A stretch of DNA of 64,000 nucleotides from the human T2T-CHM13v2.0 reference genome, Homo sapiens. Shown one piece after another: positions 10,600 to 24,549 of the stretch. The notes beneath the pieces were generated by a model. That model was not told the origin of the DNA, made no database searches, and saw only the letters and a list, made by a program, of their open reading frames with translations. The position numbers and the translations under genes were made by a program. The first letter of the stretch is position 1. Each line of letters starts with the position of its first letter. The stretch lies in NCBI RefSeq assembly GCF_009914755.1, contig NC_060936.1; one strand, 5' to 3'.

Positions 10600-11500
10600 T
10601 TCAGGAAGCCGAGTCCCAGGGAGAGAGAGAACCGGGAGGCCGTATCGCCAATCACTTACGGCTGCTCCGACACCACCCACCGCAGGACAGATCCAGAGTC
10701 CGGGGCAGGAGGGAGCCGCTCCCTCCTCGCCGAGATGACCACACAGCACGCAGCTAACGCCAGGCTCCCTGACCCCGGTCCGGCAACCCAGAGCCTCCTC
10801 GCTGCTCAGCTCAGCCCAGCCGGGGACACCCCCGCCCCACAGTCCCACGTCACCCACAGGGGTCCGGCTCCTTCCCCGGGATGGTGGAGTCCGCGGCGCC
10901 GCCGTGCCAGGCTGAAGTTGGCCTTTGCATCCCGAGGGAGCGAACCGCGTTTCTGCATCAGGTTCACATCGTGGCAGGTGGTTTCTGGGTTTCTGTCTGT
11001 TGTCTCTGCTGTGGGACAACCTGCCTGAGAAAAGCCTGGGGTTTTCCAGCCCCCTGAGCCGGGGCTTCCTTTCTGCCTTCCAGACTAGGGTCGGGATTTC
11101 TGTTCGCAGCGGGAAGGGGCCCCGCTGGTGAATCCCGCCCACCGCCCTCCCACTCCGCGGATGTCTCCCACCCTCAACCTGAGACCACCCAGGTTTCGTG
11201 AGAAGGAGGGGGGAAGCACCTCGGAGCCCTGCCCTTCGCTGGAAGGGGCCGGAACGAAGGAAGCTCTGCAGGGGCGGGACAGAGCCTCGTCCTCCATCGT
11301 CTGCCCACCCGTCTTCAGAAGCGCCTGGCACACTGGCCTCTGGGACGACCTCCAGCAGTTTCAGCCTCCTTGTCTACCCCCAGTACAGAGGCCACGGTGA
11401 CTCGGTCCCCCCACCCACCACAGAATCCTGTCCTCGGGCCTCACGCTGGGGAACACGAAGCCCCCCAGGGCTCCTGACGCCTGCCTTGCCCACCCCCTGG
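10600..11500. promoter_or_regulatory. CpG-enriched segment, candidate internal promoter or alternative first exon
   Basis: Local CpG clusters (e.g. 10890-10950). Minus-strand donor GCC|GTAAGT at 10659. No transcript evidence is available here. Confidence 0.4.
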
Positions 11501-11662
11501 GTTCGAAGCACCTTGGCCTTCCCAGCACCCCCACGTGCACCCCTCAGGGCCTTGGCACAGGTGGTGCCCACGCCGGGCGCCCTTCCCAGGTCTCTGCATG
11601 CTCCACTGCCTCCAGCCTTCAAAGCTCTAGTGCCAGAGAGATTAGTTAAAGGCACAAAACCA

Positions 11663-12385
<723 letters not shown>

Positions 12386-13759
12386 CCCCAAATGTCACCA
12401 TCAAGTCTTCAGGGTGAGTCCTCTCCCTCCATCCTGTTTAGAGCCGCCGTCCTTGCCCCATAGCTGGGCGTTCGGACCAGAGGCTCACACCCCTCAGTAT
12501 GGCGCCGCCTGCTATCCGTCCCCGTCTCTGCCTGTCCCTCCCCATGGCTCAGCTCCGCAGGACAGGGTTTCTGTCGCTTCTGCTCACAGCTGCCTCCCAG
12601 TGCTCAGAGCGAGGCCGGGCACACAGTAGGTGCTTGATAAATAGCTGCGGAACGAATGTGTTCCCTTTAGGAACCCCACAGCCACTTACGGCCACTCTGT
12701 CCCCGGGGCCTTCTGTGGCGCTGGGGCGATTCCACATGGGAACCTGGTGGGACTGCTGGGCGGTCTGCGAGGCCTCCCCAAGCCAGCTCCACAGGTGCCA
12801 GCCCCGTCAGTGTGTGCTGAGCTTGCGGGTGGTGCCGAGGCCCCTTCTTGGGTGAATGCAGCCTCAGGTCTCTCGGCCCTCGGGTCCCCCACCGTGTCTC
12901 TAGAAGGACCGAAGCTACAGGAGAGGCGAGGCTCCCGGGCGGTGGGAGTCGGCCAACTTCCATCATTAGCTGAGGACCTGTCACAGCCGGGGACTGGGCT
13001 GCTTCAGTCTCCGGGCTTGGGCCGCAGACCCCTGAGCTTTCGGGGTGTGTGAGGTGCCCCCTAAGCACAAGGGCCCACGGCTTGCGTGACCTGGCTTTTC
13101 AGCAGGGCCATTAGCTCAGGAGTGATAAAGTCGGAGAGTGAACCCCCATGCCCTCAGCAACATCCCCTTTCCAATCCCTGCAAAACAGGGAAAGAACAAG
13201 ACAGCCCCCACCCCCCACCACGACTCCTCGCGCAAGCAGCACTGGTGTGTGGCGTCCCCACACCCGGGGCAGGTCTCTTTTCTGCGTCAGAGTTAATGAC
13301 CGTGTAGTTTTTCACATATTTTGAAGCCAGGGACCAGTATATCATCTGCCTTGTGCCGCGCTCCCCGGGAGATTGATGCTTATGCAGAGGGAGAATTTAA
13401 AGGCTCTCCCATCACAGCCTCAAGGGAAACAGTTTAACCCCTCTATAAATTTCAGATGAATATTGGCAATAACTTCTCCACTCTGTGGGCCAGAGGAGAC
13501 CAACACCTAAGGATCAGGCAAAATCCTCCCACAGGAGCCAGAGGCACTTGGCCCCCCTTCTCAGGGGCTCTCAAGAGGCAGGAGGCCCGGGCCCCTCCCC
13601 TTCCTGGCCACACTAGAGGAAGATCAGGTGAAGGAGGCCGGAGCCCGGCTGGCACTCTGCACTGAGAGCAACTGGGGATAAGCTGGACTCGCCTTCTGGC
13701 GTCTGTGTGTGCAGCTCTCCCCACTGAGAGGGGGACGCTATCACCCTAGGCCTTCGTCA

Positions 13760-14110
13760 CGTGATTTGCTTGGACCAACAGAAAGGGCCAGAACCCACCC
13801 AGTGCCAAGGCCAAGCTTGGGCCTCAGGAGACTGCACTCACACCGATCTCTGTCTTGTAACCTGGCCGCCAGCATGAGGATGAGAGACCATGTGGAGCAG
13901 AGAGAAGCCGCCCAGCTGAGCCCATTCCTCCCCACCCCAACCAGCCAACCCCGCTCACCTGGCTGCTGACTGCCGGCATCAGCAAGGCCAGCTGAGAGCA
14001 GAGCCGCTCTGCTCCACATAGACCATGTGCCAACCCAGAGTTGTGGGCCAAGGAAATGGTTGTCTTAGGCCGCAACATTTCAGAGTGGATTGTTACACAT
14101 CCAAGAGCTG
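13760..14110 (+). mobile_element. MLT1-like MaLR LTR fragment
   Basis: GAGACCATGTGGAGCAGAGA..CCAGCTGAGCCC..AAATGGTTGTCTTAGGCC..TTGTTACACA 3' end pattern. Confidence 0.55.
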
Positions 14111-14544
14111 ACCCATCCATGCTGCTTTGGCAGGTACAGCTGGCAAAGACCCTCACTCCTGTGGCTTCCTTGCATGCAGCACATAGTACCAGTTAATGCT
14201 AGTTACTAGCCATGCATCCCCACTGCCCAAGACAATCCGAGCTGATACCCCTGTCTTGGGGTAATTATTAATAGCACCTCTGGTAACTCTCAGGTGTCCT
14301 GGTTTGGGTGACGATGCCTGTGGTCACCCCCGTGCTACCTGACCATCTGGCCCCACAGCCAGGGCGGAAGTCCAAGCATTAGAGCCATTCAAACCACATC
14401 GTGAACAGGGGCTGGGTAAGATGAGGCTGAGACCCACTGGGCTGCATTCCCAGATGGTGAAGGCACTCTAAGTCACAGGATGAGATAGGAGGTCGGCACA
14501 AGACACAGGTCACAAAGACCTTGCTGATAAAATAGGTTGCAGTA

Positions 14545-14936
<392 letters not shown>

Positions 14937-15063
14937 TCATTTTATGCTCATTATAATGCATTAGCTGCTAAAAGACACTCCCCCCAGCACCAAGACAGTT
15001 CACAGATGCCATGGGAACGTCAGGAAGTTACCCTGCGTGGTCTAAAAAGGGTGGAGCCCTCAG

Positions 15064-15093
15064 TTCCGGGAAATCCTGCTGCCTTTCCCAGAA
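15064..15093. promoter_or_regulatory. Tandem GAS (STAT) motifs in MER41B
   Basis: TTCCGGGAA at 15064-15072 and TTCCCAGAA at 15085-15093, both TTCN3GAA. Confidence 0.75.
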
Positions 15094-16012
15094 AACTCAG
15101 GAATAATCCATCCCTTGTTTAGCAAATGATCAAAAAATAACCACAAAAGTTAATTAGTAAATAATCAACCAGCAGCCCTGGGGGCCACTCTGCCTGTGGA
15201 GCAGCCATTCTTCTCTTTACTTCATTTCTTTACTTCTCTAATAAACTTGCTTTCACTTTACTCTGTGGACTCGCCCCGAATTCTGCCTTGTACAAGATCC
15301 AAGAGGCCTCTCTTGGGGTCTGGATGGGGACCCCTTTCTGGTCACACGAGGAAGACACGGGTGGCGTGGGTGACACACCAAGGCTGAGGGGCCGTCACTA
15401 ACTGCAGAGGCCAGAGATGGGAAAACAGGAGACTCCTCCAGAGATGGGTGGGTCCCTGGGGCCCGTCGTCTGCAGGCCCCGGGCTGGCACATCACAGCGA
15501 GAGGAGAGACAGGAGAGGGGCCCTGCTGCGCGTGGGCGTTGGGTCAAAAACTCCCCCTGTACATTCAGGACTGACGTTGTCTTTGGCGGCGCTGTGGGCC
15601 TGGCAAAGGGCCTGCGGGCGAGGCCGTCCCGTGAAGTCGGACCTGTTCTTCTGGTCAAGGCAAGCAAAGCAACAGGGCTCGTAGGGTTCTCCTGGAAGCG
15701 CTGGGGACATGCGGCCTCCATCGTGAAACTGTCATCTAGAGGGGAGGCAGGCGAGGCTCAGACGTCACACTCATCACGTGTGGGTGCAGCTGGAGGACTG
15801 AGCGGGGCCATGAGGCTTGGGCAGGAGGTGCGCCCTGGCTGGGGACAGCTTCCTGAACCCCAGCTCTGAGCGGAGATGGGTGGCGAGTGGGGTTAACTGG
15901 CGGTGAGACACAGGCATGCTTGAGGCCCGAGCCCCGTCCTCCTGGGCTGTGGGGCTGTGCAGAGCTGGCATGGGCAGGCTGTGCTGCGGTCAGGGAAGCT
16001 GACCATCTTAAT

Positions 16013-16741
16013 GGTTGAATTGAGAAGAAGCTCCAACTTGCCAAAAGCCAAACTTGCACCAAAAAAGGGCTTGGTCGCCATCTGGAGGTCGCCGTCTGGC
16101 GGTTGCCATCTGGGTGGTCGCCGTCTGGAGGTCGCCGTCTGGAGGTCGCCGTCTGGCGGTTGCCATCTGGAGGTCGCCGTCTGGGTGGTCGCTGTCTGGA
16201 GGTCGCTGTCTGGTGGTCGGCTGCCGGCCTGACTCACAACAGCTTTCTGAATCCTGGCAAAACCATCACACTTGAGAGGTGCGCTCAGCAAATCCATGAG
16301 ATGCACCAAAAATCGCGGTGCCTGCCGCCGGCCTCAGTCCACAGAAAGGGCCCAGTTCTTCTCCACCACAACGCCTGGCTGCACGTCACACAACCAACGC
16401 TTCACAAGCTGAACGAATTGGGCTGCAAAGTTTTGCCTCATCCGCCACATTCACCTGACTTCTCACCAACCAACTACCGCTTCTGCAAGCCTCTCGACAA
16501 CTTTTTGCAGAGAAAACGCTTCCACAACCAGCAGGATGCAGAAAATGCTTTCCAAGAGTTTGTCAAATCCTGAAGCACAGATATATTTATGCTACAGGAA
16601 TAAACGAACTTATTTCTCATTGGCAAAAATGTGTTGATTGTAATGCTTCCTATTTTGACGAATAAAGGTGTGTTTGAGCCTAGTTATAATGATTTAAAGT
16701 TCATGATCCGAAACTGTAATTACTTTTGCACCGACCTAGTA
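16013..16741 (+). mobile_element. Hsmar1 mariner transposon relic (3' half, transposase pseudogene, 3' TIR)
   Basis: Translation SFLNPGKTIT..QQIHEMH..RKGPVLLHHNA..LHKLNELG..LPHPPHSPDFSPTNY..LDNFLQRKRFHNQQDAENAFQEFV matches the Hsmar1/SETMAR transposase. TIR AAACTGTAATTACTTTTGCACCGACCTA followed by TA. Confidence 0.92.
16073..16218. repeat. 14-bp minisatellite (GGTCGCCGTCTGGA) ~10 copies inside Hsmar1
   Basis: Tandem units directly visible. Confidence 0.88.
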
Positions 16742-17269
16742 CGAGAAAACACCTCAGACGCTGTCACCACAGCAGTGAGGAGGCAACCTCGTGTCTATTC
16801 GGTCAAACCACATGCAGCTGCCTTTCGCGCTGGCCAGAAACAGCCGTGTATCCGCAGTCTTACTGTGATCCGCTCACTCCGTCCACCCACTCTCGTCCAC
16901 CTGGCCATTCTGTGTCCCTCATCCTCTGTCTCCACCGTGGTTTTCCCGAATATTCTCTCTGTGAAAGGCAGCAGGCCCAGAGCTTCCCAGAGCATTTCCC
17001 CCTCTCCATCGAGGGGACCCTGGGGCAGGTCCTTCAAGAGCATTTGTGGGAATTAGGAGACGGGCACGGAAGGCTGAGGAGTATGTCCAAGTCACCCAGC
17101 CAGCACCTGAGGCAGCCAGACTCCAAACTTGGTCCCCAACAGCAGGCCACGTGCTCACACACTGCACCCCTGCCCTGCAATCCACGCCTGTGGGCTGTGG
17201 CCCATGTGACGGTTTTACATCTGCTCAGGAGGTGAAGGTCCCATTATTCAGTGGATGTGAGGTGCTGCT

Positions 17270-18270
17270 GGGACCATGTCTGCAGCTGTGAGTGATGCTT
17301 GCGTCAGTGGACACTCCGCATGGCAGCGGACGTGCACGCAGGCAGGCCCCACCCAGCCAGGCATTGAGAGAAAAGACGGGTGGGGAGTTCCCAGAGAAGG
17401 ATGCCAGCCTTCAGACCGTGACACGGAAACCCCACCCGGGTCTACAGCCTTCACACCACGACACGGAAACCCCACCCGGGTCTGCAGCCTTCAGACCTCG
17501 ACACGGAAACCCCACCCGGGTCTGCAGCCCTCAGACCTCGACACGGAAACCCCACCCGGGTCTGCAGCCCTCAGACCTCGACACGGAAACCCCACCCGGG
17601 TCTGCAGCCTTCAGACCTCGACACGGAAACCCCACCCGGGTCTGCAGCCCTCAGACCTCGACAGGGAAACCCCACCCGGGTCTGCAGCCCTCAGACCTCG
17701 ACACGGAAACCCCACCCGGGTCTGCAGCCCTCAGACCTCGACACGGAAACCCCACCCGGGTCTAGCAGCCCTCAGACCTCGACACGGAAACCCCACCCGG
17801 GTCTGCAGCCCTCAGACCTCGACACGGAAACCCCACCCGGGTCTGCAGCCCTCAGACCTCGACACGGAAACCCCACCCGGGTCTGCAGCCCTCAGACCGT
17901 GACACGGAAACCCCACCCGGGTCTGCAGCCCTCAGACCTCGACACGGAAACCCCACCCGGGTCTGCAGCTCTCAGACCGTGACATGGAAACCCCACCCGG
18001 GTCTGCAGCCCTCAGACCGTGACATGGAAACCCCACCCGGGTCTACAGCCTTGAGACCGTGACACGGAAACCCCACCCGAGTCTACAGCCTTGAGACCTC
18101 GACACGGAAACCCCACCCGGGTCTGCAGCCCTCAGACCTCGACACGGAAACCCCACCCGGGTCTGCAGCCTTCAGACCGTGACACAGAAAACCCACCCAC
18201 TGCCCACCTTAAGGATCTCAGACTTGGCAACCCCACAATTGTGTGAGCCAATTCTTAGAATCAATTTCTT
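17270..18270 (+). mobile_element. MLT2-like ERVL LTR relic hosting a VNTR
   Basis: 3' part AGACTTGGCAACCCCACAATTGTGTGAGCCAATTCTTAGAATCAATTTCT followed by a CA tract is typical of MLT2. Confidence 0.6.
17405..18186. repeat. 40-bp VNTR, ~19 copies
   Basis: GACACGGAAACCCCACCCGGGTCTGCAGCCCTCAGACCTC. Confidence 0.97.
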
Positions 18271-18525
18271 CACACACACACATGAAAATGCACCGCAGAT
18301 GCACACGTGTGCAACATAATCACTCAGTCAAGCATACACATGCACTGTTACCCCCACACACAGGCACACTCACACCCACACCCACAGTCACACACACGCA
18401 CTCCACTCACACACAGGCGCACTCACACACACGCACTCCCTCCCACATACAGGCGCACTCACACAGTCACACACAGGCACTCCCACCTACACACAGTCAC
18501 ACACACACACTCACACACATGTGCA
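18270..18525. repeat. (CA)-rich low-complexity tract
   Basis: Degenerate CACA repeats. Confidence 0.85.
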
Positions 18526-19231
18526 CTCAGCTGTCATTCCTGTCAGCCTCTGATGTACCTGCAGGGACAGCTCATTCTGTGAGCACCTAGGGGTTCTGGG
18601 GTCAGCCCTCATGTCCGAGGAGGGGTGTTCAGGGGACATGAGGCCCACTGTGGCCTCTGCATTCTCCAGGTGGCACCGGGGACCTGAGGAGGCCCCAGCT
18701 TGCTGCCAGCTCTCTCGAGCAGAATGCAGACACGTCCCAGAAGCTGAAAGAAAGAGCCTCGACTGCATCAGTTGGTGCGCGTGGGCACTGACAGTCCAGA
18801 ACAGCCCGGTCACGGAGCAGCCCTGGAGATGCAGGCCCAACCCCACCCCCTATGTCCGCACACCCTCCCTGCAGCATGAGTCCAGGGACACCCGCGACTC
18901 CGAGTCCTCAACCACCCCCGCTCCCTGCCAGGTCAGGCGTGGGGATGGGGGTCTGGGCCCCTCGGTCCTCCCAGGTGAAAGCCGGGACACCACCCTCACA
19001 AGGATTACCAGGAGGGGCACTGCCCCCAAGGGCACCTGGAGAAGAGAGAGCCGATTCCGGGGTGCCGTGTGTGAGGTCCCTGATGGTGGCTCCTTTGGAG
19101 ATGGCTGGAGAACCACGCCTGTGAGTCCACTGTCCCTAACCAGGCCAGCGACTCCGCCCTCCCTCACCACACCGGCGACTCCACCGTCAGCAGGAGCCCA
19201 GGGATGAAGGGGGCGAGCAGGAGCGGAGCCC

Positions 19232-19660
19232 GTGTATTAATCATGCTTTCATATTTTCTGTATCTGATGCTTTGACATCTGGAACCTCACTAGCCCGAGA
19301 GGCCTGCCCCTCCCGGGTGAGTGATTTCCTAGAGCTAGTGAGCACCCCCCCAGCGTCTTTCCAAATGCAAACCAGGCAACGAGAGTCCACGCCCCACCAG
19401 CCAACGCGAATCCACAGCCCACTGCCTCTGTCCTTCACTCTGGGCTACCATCCTCCCACCCAACCACTCAGGAGGATGGCCCATGCCCCAGAGCTGCTGA
19501 GACGATGGAAGCCAGGCCCCCCAGGCCTGCTCACCCGGCCTTGCCCATTCCTGGCCACATCCCCCTCATACCCTCTGCCTCCTGTCCAGCCTGGTGCCTC
19601 CTGGGTGGCCCTGCCTGGTGGTACCCCCTTCTCTGGGATCCGTGCGTAACAAACCATCTC
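19232..19660 (+). mobile_element. MER74-like ERVL LTR
   Basis: Begins TGTATTAATCATG..TTTTCTGTATCTGATGCTTTGACATCTGG..TTCCTAGAG..ATGCAAACC. Confidence 0.65.
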
Positions 19661-20959
19661 ACCAATGGCCATTGTCTCCTGGCCTGCTGGCTGCGCTGTC
19701 CTGAATAATGATAAAGCCACTTGGAGACCAGGGCAGGCGGTGGCACCCTGTTCCTGCTCAGTTCTGTGGCACGCCATTCCTGCTCAGCTCCTGATCTTGC
19801 AGAGCAGGGGATGCACACCCGTCACAGAGGCCCATCTCACTGTTCTACGCGGATCTGGAAGATTCTGGCTGACAGGCAAAGCCAGCGTGAGGCTGTGAGA
19901 GTGGAGAAACCTGCCGGCCTCTGCAGCACCCTCCGCTGGTGCTGACTGGCCTGTCAGCGTCCTCACCTGCCACGCTGTCCTGCCCGTTTAAGGGCGTTTG
20001 GGAGGAAACGCGACACAATCGCTGTTGGTTTCCAGACGCCGGGTCTCCGCAGCTCTGGGTGGCTTTGTGGCCGCTTCGGCAGAACAGACACAGGTTTCAT
20101 CGGGGCCCTGCCTGGAGCCCCAGCTCTTTCTCGTGGTTTGCAGGTGACACAGCCCAGGCTCTCAGGGACAAAAGTACTTCCTCGCACACCGAGCTGCAAT
20201 TTACCAGCCCTCCTGTCGGGCTGTAGGCCCCACACACGAGACACAGTCAGTTTCTAAACGGAGGCCAGGACGCGGCGCCCGGCACCGCCTGGATGCCAGT
20301 GCAGCCCGGGGAGGATTGCTGGGTGTGGCCCTGGCTCTTGGTGAGGCTGTTTATGTGCTGGCCTCGACGGAGAGCACAAGCAGCTCCTCCAGGGAGGGCG
20401 TGCTTCCTCCCTTTCCCAAGAGCGCTGCCATGCCGGGGCTTGGCGAGTGCGGGGACCACTCCGAGGGCCAGGCAAGGCTAGCGTGGCCCAGGGTCCACTT
20501 GATCCTGCTTGTTGGCTCCAAGACCGAGGTTCAAGAATGAAGCCAGCCCTCTTTGTATCATCAGGACACACATGCCAACCAGCACCTGGGTCCCACGAGG
20601 CCGGGCTGGCACCATCACAGCCACCACGTGGCTCACGTGGCAGCACAGAGCAGCCAGTGGGCATGGGCGGGGGGCAGCCTCGCATGGCCACATGGGACCC
20701 AGCACGGGACCCAGGTGCCCTCCATCACCTCCTGGGTGCTGGCCCTCCCGGACTCACAGCAGGGGATGGAGAGGGGGTGAGGGGGCGGAGAGTAGGGTTG
20801 GGGGGTGCTTCTGGGCCAGGCCTGAGGGGCTGCGTCCCCCTCCCCAATCCCCTGTCCAGGACTCAGCCAAAGGACTCCTAAGGGACAGTGGCTGGACGTG
20901 TGGAGGGAAGGGAGACGGTGGCGGGGCACACACAGGGGCTTGTCCATGCCCATCTAATG

Positions 20960-21216
20960 ATAGACAGAGACATAGAGAGACGTAGACAGAGACACAGAAA
21001 CAGAGACAGAAAGATACAGAGACACAGAAACAGAGACAGAAAGATACAGAGACACAGAGATGGAGAGACAGAGGCATGAGATAGAGACATAAGACAGAGA
21101 CATGAGAGACAGACACGGAGAGAGAGACAAAGGAACAGATTATAGAGAAGACAGAGATAGAGATGAAGACACAGAGAAAGACACACAAACAGAGGAAGAC
21201 AGAGAGACAGAGAGAG
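20960..21216. repeat. (GA/GACA)-rich low-complexity tract
   Basis: Purine-rich AGAGAC repeats. Confidence 0.9.
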
Positions 21217-22014
21217 GGGCACAGCCCCTTGCTTCTCTCCCCACAGGGTCCCTCACACAGGGAGAACAATGTGGAGGCTTTCCTGGAAGGGTCATTTGCT
21301 GACGACGTCCTGGAGACCAGCACCAAGCACTCTCATCTGCAGGAAGGACGGTGCGTGGCACAGCCGCAGGCCCAGCGAGGAGCCAGGACCTGGGTGCTGA
21401 GCGCAGTCTGCAGCCTTGGAGGACGGGGTGTTTTCTGTGGCAGGAATGGGACAGGGAGGGGGTCCACAGGCAGGCGGCACTGAGTGTCCCCCATGTCCAG
21501 CTCCTCCCTGGTCTCCGCTGGGTGTCTTCCTTCCTAAGATCTGCGTGCCCACGTGGCTACCTTGGGAGGTGTTCCAGCATCTGGGGGGATGAGCAGTTTT
21601 CTCTTTGGGCCGCTGACTGGGATGCCCACTCACAAGACTAGAGAGAAGCCGTGGCTGCTTCTGTGGCCAAAGTTCACCTCTTCACTTGGCACCGTTCTGA
21701 GCTCGAGGCTTTGGCTCCCAGGCAGCCTGTGAGGCGGCATTTCTGGGCTTTTCGCCCTTGTGGGCAGTCTGCCCTTGTAAGTGGGAAGAAGAATTTGGGG
21801 ATAACTTGGCTCTTTCTTGACTGATAGGTTTAGCTGTGTGACGAACTGTGTGTTTCCTTTTGGGTGTTGTGATCCACTAAACTGTTATAAAATCTGGTTT
21901 TCACTTTGAAAATAATGAGGATGAGACTTCACCTCTCAAGTTATGGCCACCATTTGCTCAAGCCCACCTCTCTTCCATTTTGCCAATATTCCTTGGATAC
22001 AGTAACTGATAGAA

Positions 22015-23066
22015 TGACCCACTCATCCACCCATTTACCCATCTACTCACTTATTCACGCACCTAGCCACTATCTATCCACCCATCCACGCGGACTCATC
22101 CATCCATCCATCCCTGCATCCAGCCAGCCATCCATTCATCCATCCATGCATCCCACCCCCCCATCCATCCACTCACTCATCCATCTATCTATCCATCCAG
22201 CCAGCCAGCCACCAATCCATCCATTCACCCATCCATCCACCCACTCATCCATCCATTCCTTTATCCATCCATCTACCTACTCATTCACCCACCTAGCCAC
22301 TATCTATCCATTCATCTACATGCACTCATCCATCCATCCACTCATTCATCTATCCATCCATCCCTGCATCCAGCCAGCCATCCATTCACCCACCCATGCA
22401 TCCCCACCCATCCATCCATCCATCCCTGCATCCAACCAGCCAACCATTCATCCATCCACTCACTCTATCCATCTATCCATCCAGCCATCCCCCACTCATC
22501 CATCCATCCATCCAGCCATCCATCCATCCATTCACCCATCCCATCCACCCACTCATCCATCCATTCCTTTATCCATCCATCTACCTACTCATTCACCCAC
22601 CTAGCCACTATCTATCCATTCATCCACACGCACTCATCCATCCATCCATCCACTCATCCATCTATCCACCCATCCATCCCTGCATCCACCCAGCCATCCA
22701 TCCATCCGTCCATTCACCCATCCATCCACCCACTCATCCATCCATTCCTTTATCCATTCATCTACCTACTCACTCACCCACCTAGCCACCATCTCTATCC
22801 ACCCATCCATTCATCCACCCACCCACCCATCCATTCATCCACCCACCCACTCACCACTCATCCATCTACCCACCCACTCACCACTCATCCATCTACCCAC
22901 TCATTTGCCCACCTAGACACCATCTATCCATCCATCCTCCCACCCACTCATCCAGCCACTCATCTACCCATCCATCCACCATTTATCCATCAATCTACCC
23001 ACTCATTTGCCCACCTAGCGACCATCTATCCCTTCCTTCTCTCACCCACTCATCCATCCACCCATC
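22015..23066. repeat. (CCAT)n degenerate microsatellite, ~1 kb, with internal duplicated blocks
   Basis: TCCA units. The block CCATTCCTTTATCCATYCATCTACCTACTCA..CACCCACCTAGCCAC recurs at ~22251, 22561 and 22742. Confidence 0.93.
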
Positions 23067-23806
23067 TGCATTAGTCCCTAGAACCAGCATGACTCTGTCT
23101 GGGCGCTGTGCAAAGCTGTGTCATCAAGATGAGGAAAACAACCTTAGAGGCCAAGCAAGCCCTGTGTTCCCAGCCCAGGCCTCCAGGAAAAGGGTTGGAT
23201 GCACCAGAGGTCCAGGCTGACGCGGACGGAAACCCAGGCATCCTGACCCCCAGGTTGTCTCACCTGGTACAAACCCAAGATGTACCTAGTCAGCACTTTC
23301 CCTTTGGCAGAACGGAATTTCCCCTTTAACAAAAGGCAGGGCTTCATATTCACTCTGGAGCAAATTGTGTGCATACCTTTGAGAGATTTCATTGAACCTG
23401 ATTTTTAAAAAAGATTTACAATCTGCTTAGCGTGTCCCTGCCCCTGGAGCCCAGGTCGGTTTCGGGAAATGATAATTCCTCTGGTACGGCTGTGGGTGAC
23501 GCCACCCTCTTGTCACACACATGCCTCGTTCTGCAGCAGCGATCCATCTTCCGGGCAGGATCTGCCTGTATTTATCTCTGGAAAGGCAAATCCCATCTCC
23601 CAGGGCGCAGTGGGCGCCATTCATCAATGTCCAACAGGAAACCATCTCTTCCTGGATGACAGAGGTTTCAGATACAATGGAGGCGAAGAAGGCAGTGGCC
23701 ACAGCGTTCCCACCCCAGGGCCAGCCGTTGTCCAGACCCTCCCACTCACCTCACCAAACACTGAGCATCTCAAACAAATGAGAGAAACAGCGTCTTCCTT
23801 CCAAAC

Positions 23807-23960
23807 AAGTGGTTCTCAAAGTGACCCAGTAGCACCAATCTCATCTGGAACCCCCAAGAACCGCAAATTCCCAGACCCCACCTGGGACCTGTGGAGTCAG
23901 AAGCTCCGGGGAGGGGCGCCCCGCATTTTGAGCTCTCGGGGTGCTGCCGATGGAGCCGTT
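23807..23960 (+). mobile_element. MER5A-like DNA transposon relic
   Basis: AGTGGTTCTCAAAGTG...GCAAATTCCCAGACCCCACC..GAGTCAGAAGCTC. Confidence 0.65.
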
Positions 23961-24549
23961 CGAGGAGAGCAGAGCCAAGTGCCTGAGGCTTCTCACCCGG
24001 TCCCACCCCCCTCCACACAATCATCTGTCCCTGAAGCCCTGTCCCTTGATCGGCAGAACGACACCTGGTGGCTTTTTCTGTGATTGCTTCTGTCCTCAAA
24101 CAGATGAGGATACAGTTTAGGTCATGATTTCTGCAGACCCAGGCCCGCTGCAGCTGTGATGGATGAAATGGTGGGGAAGACATTGGTCAGCACCACAGAC
24201 ATAGAACCCTCCCCTGCCGTTTCAGACACACAGAAACGATAGATCAGTTGTTTTAAAAGTTAAAAGTAACATTAGAAAACAAGGTGAAATTCTCCATAGC
24301 TCATGAGGAGCAGAAGCCGGCTGCAGTGAGTGGCATGGAAGCCATGAGGCTCTGGGGACCATCGGCGGGACAGGTGCCGGGCGTGTGGCTCTGATGTCCA
24401 TTGGCGGGGACAGGTGCTGGGCGTGCGGCCAGGATCCTGGCATGAACTCAGGGTGGGGACGAGCTCAATGAGCAGGAACAGACACTGAAACCAGCTCTGA
24501 TGGACCCCTGGGGCTGCCGCCAGAAGTGTCCCATGGCGAGAGGCAGCAG

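Noticed and set aside
10180-11331. 282- and 296-aa overlapping ORFs
   Set aside because: Expected by chance in GC-rich sequence. No homology cues.
16103-16573. Functional or domesticated mariner transposase
   Set aside because: N-terminal half missing, minisatellite insertion, two catalytic Asp lost, and a premature TGA at 16571-16573.
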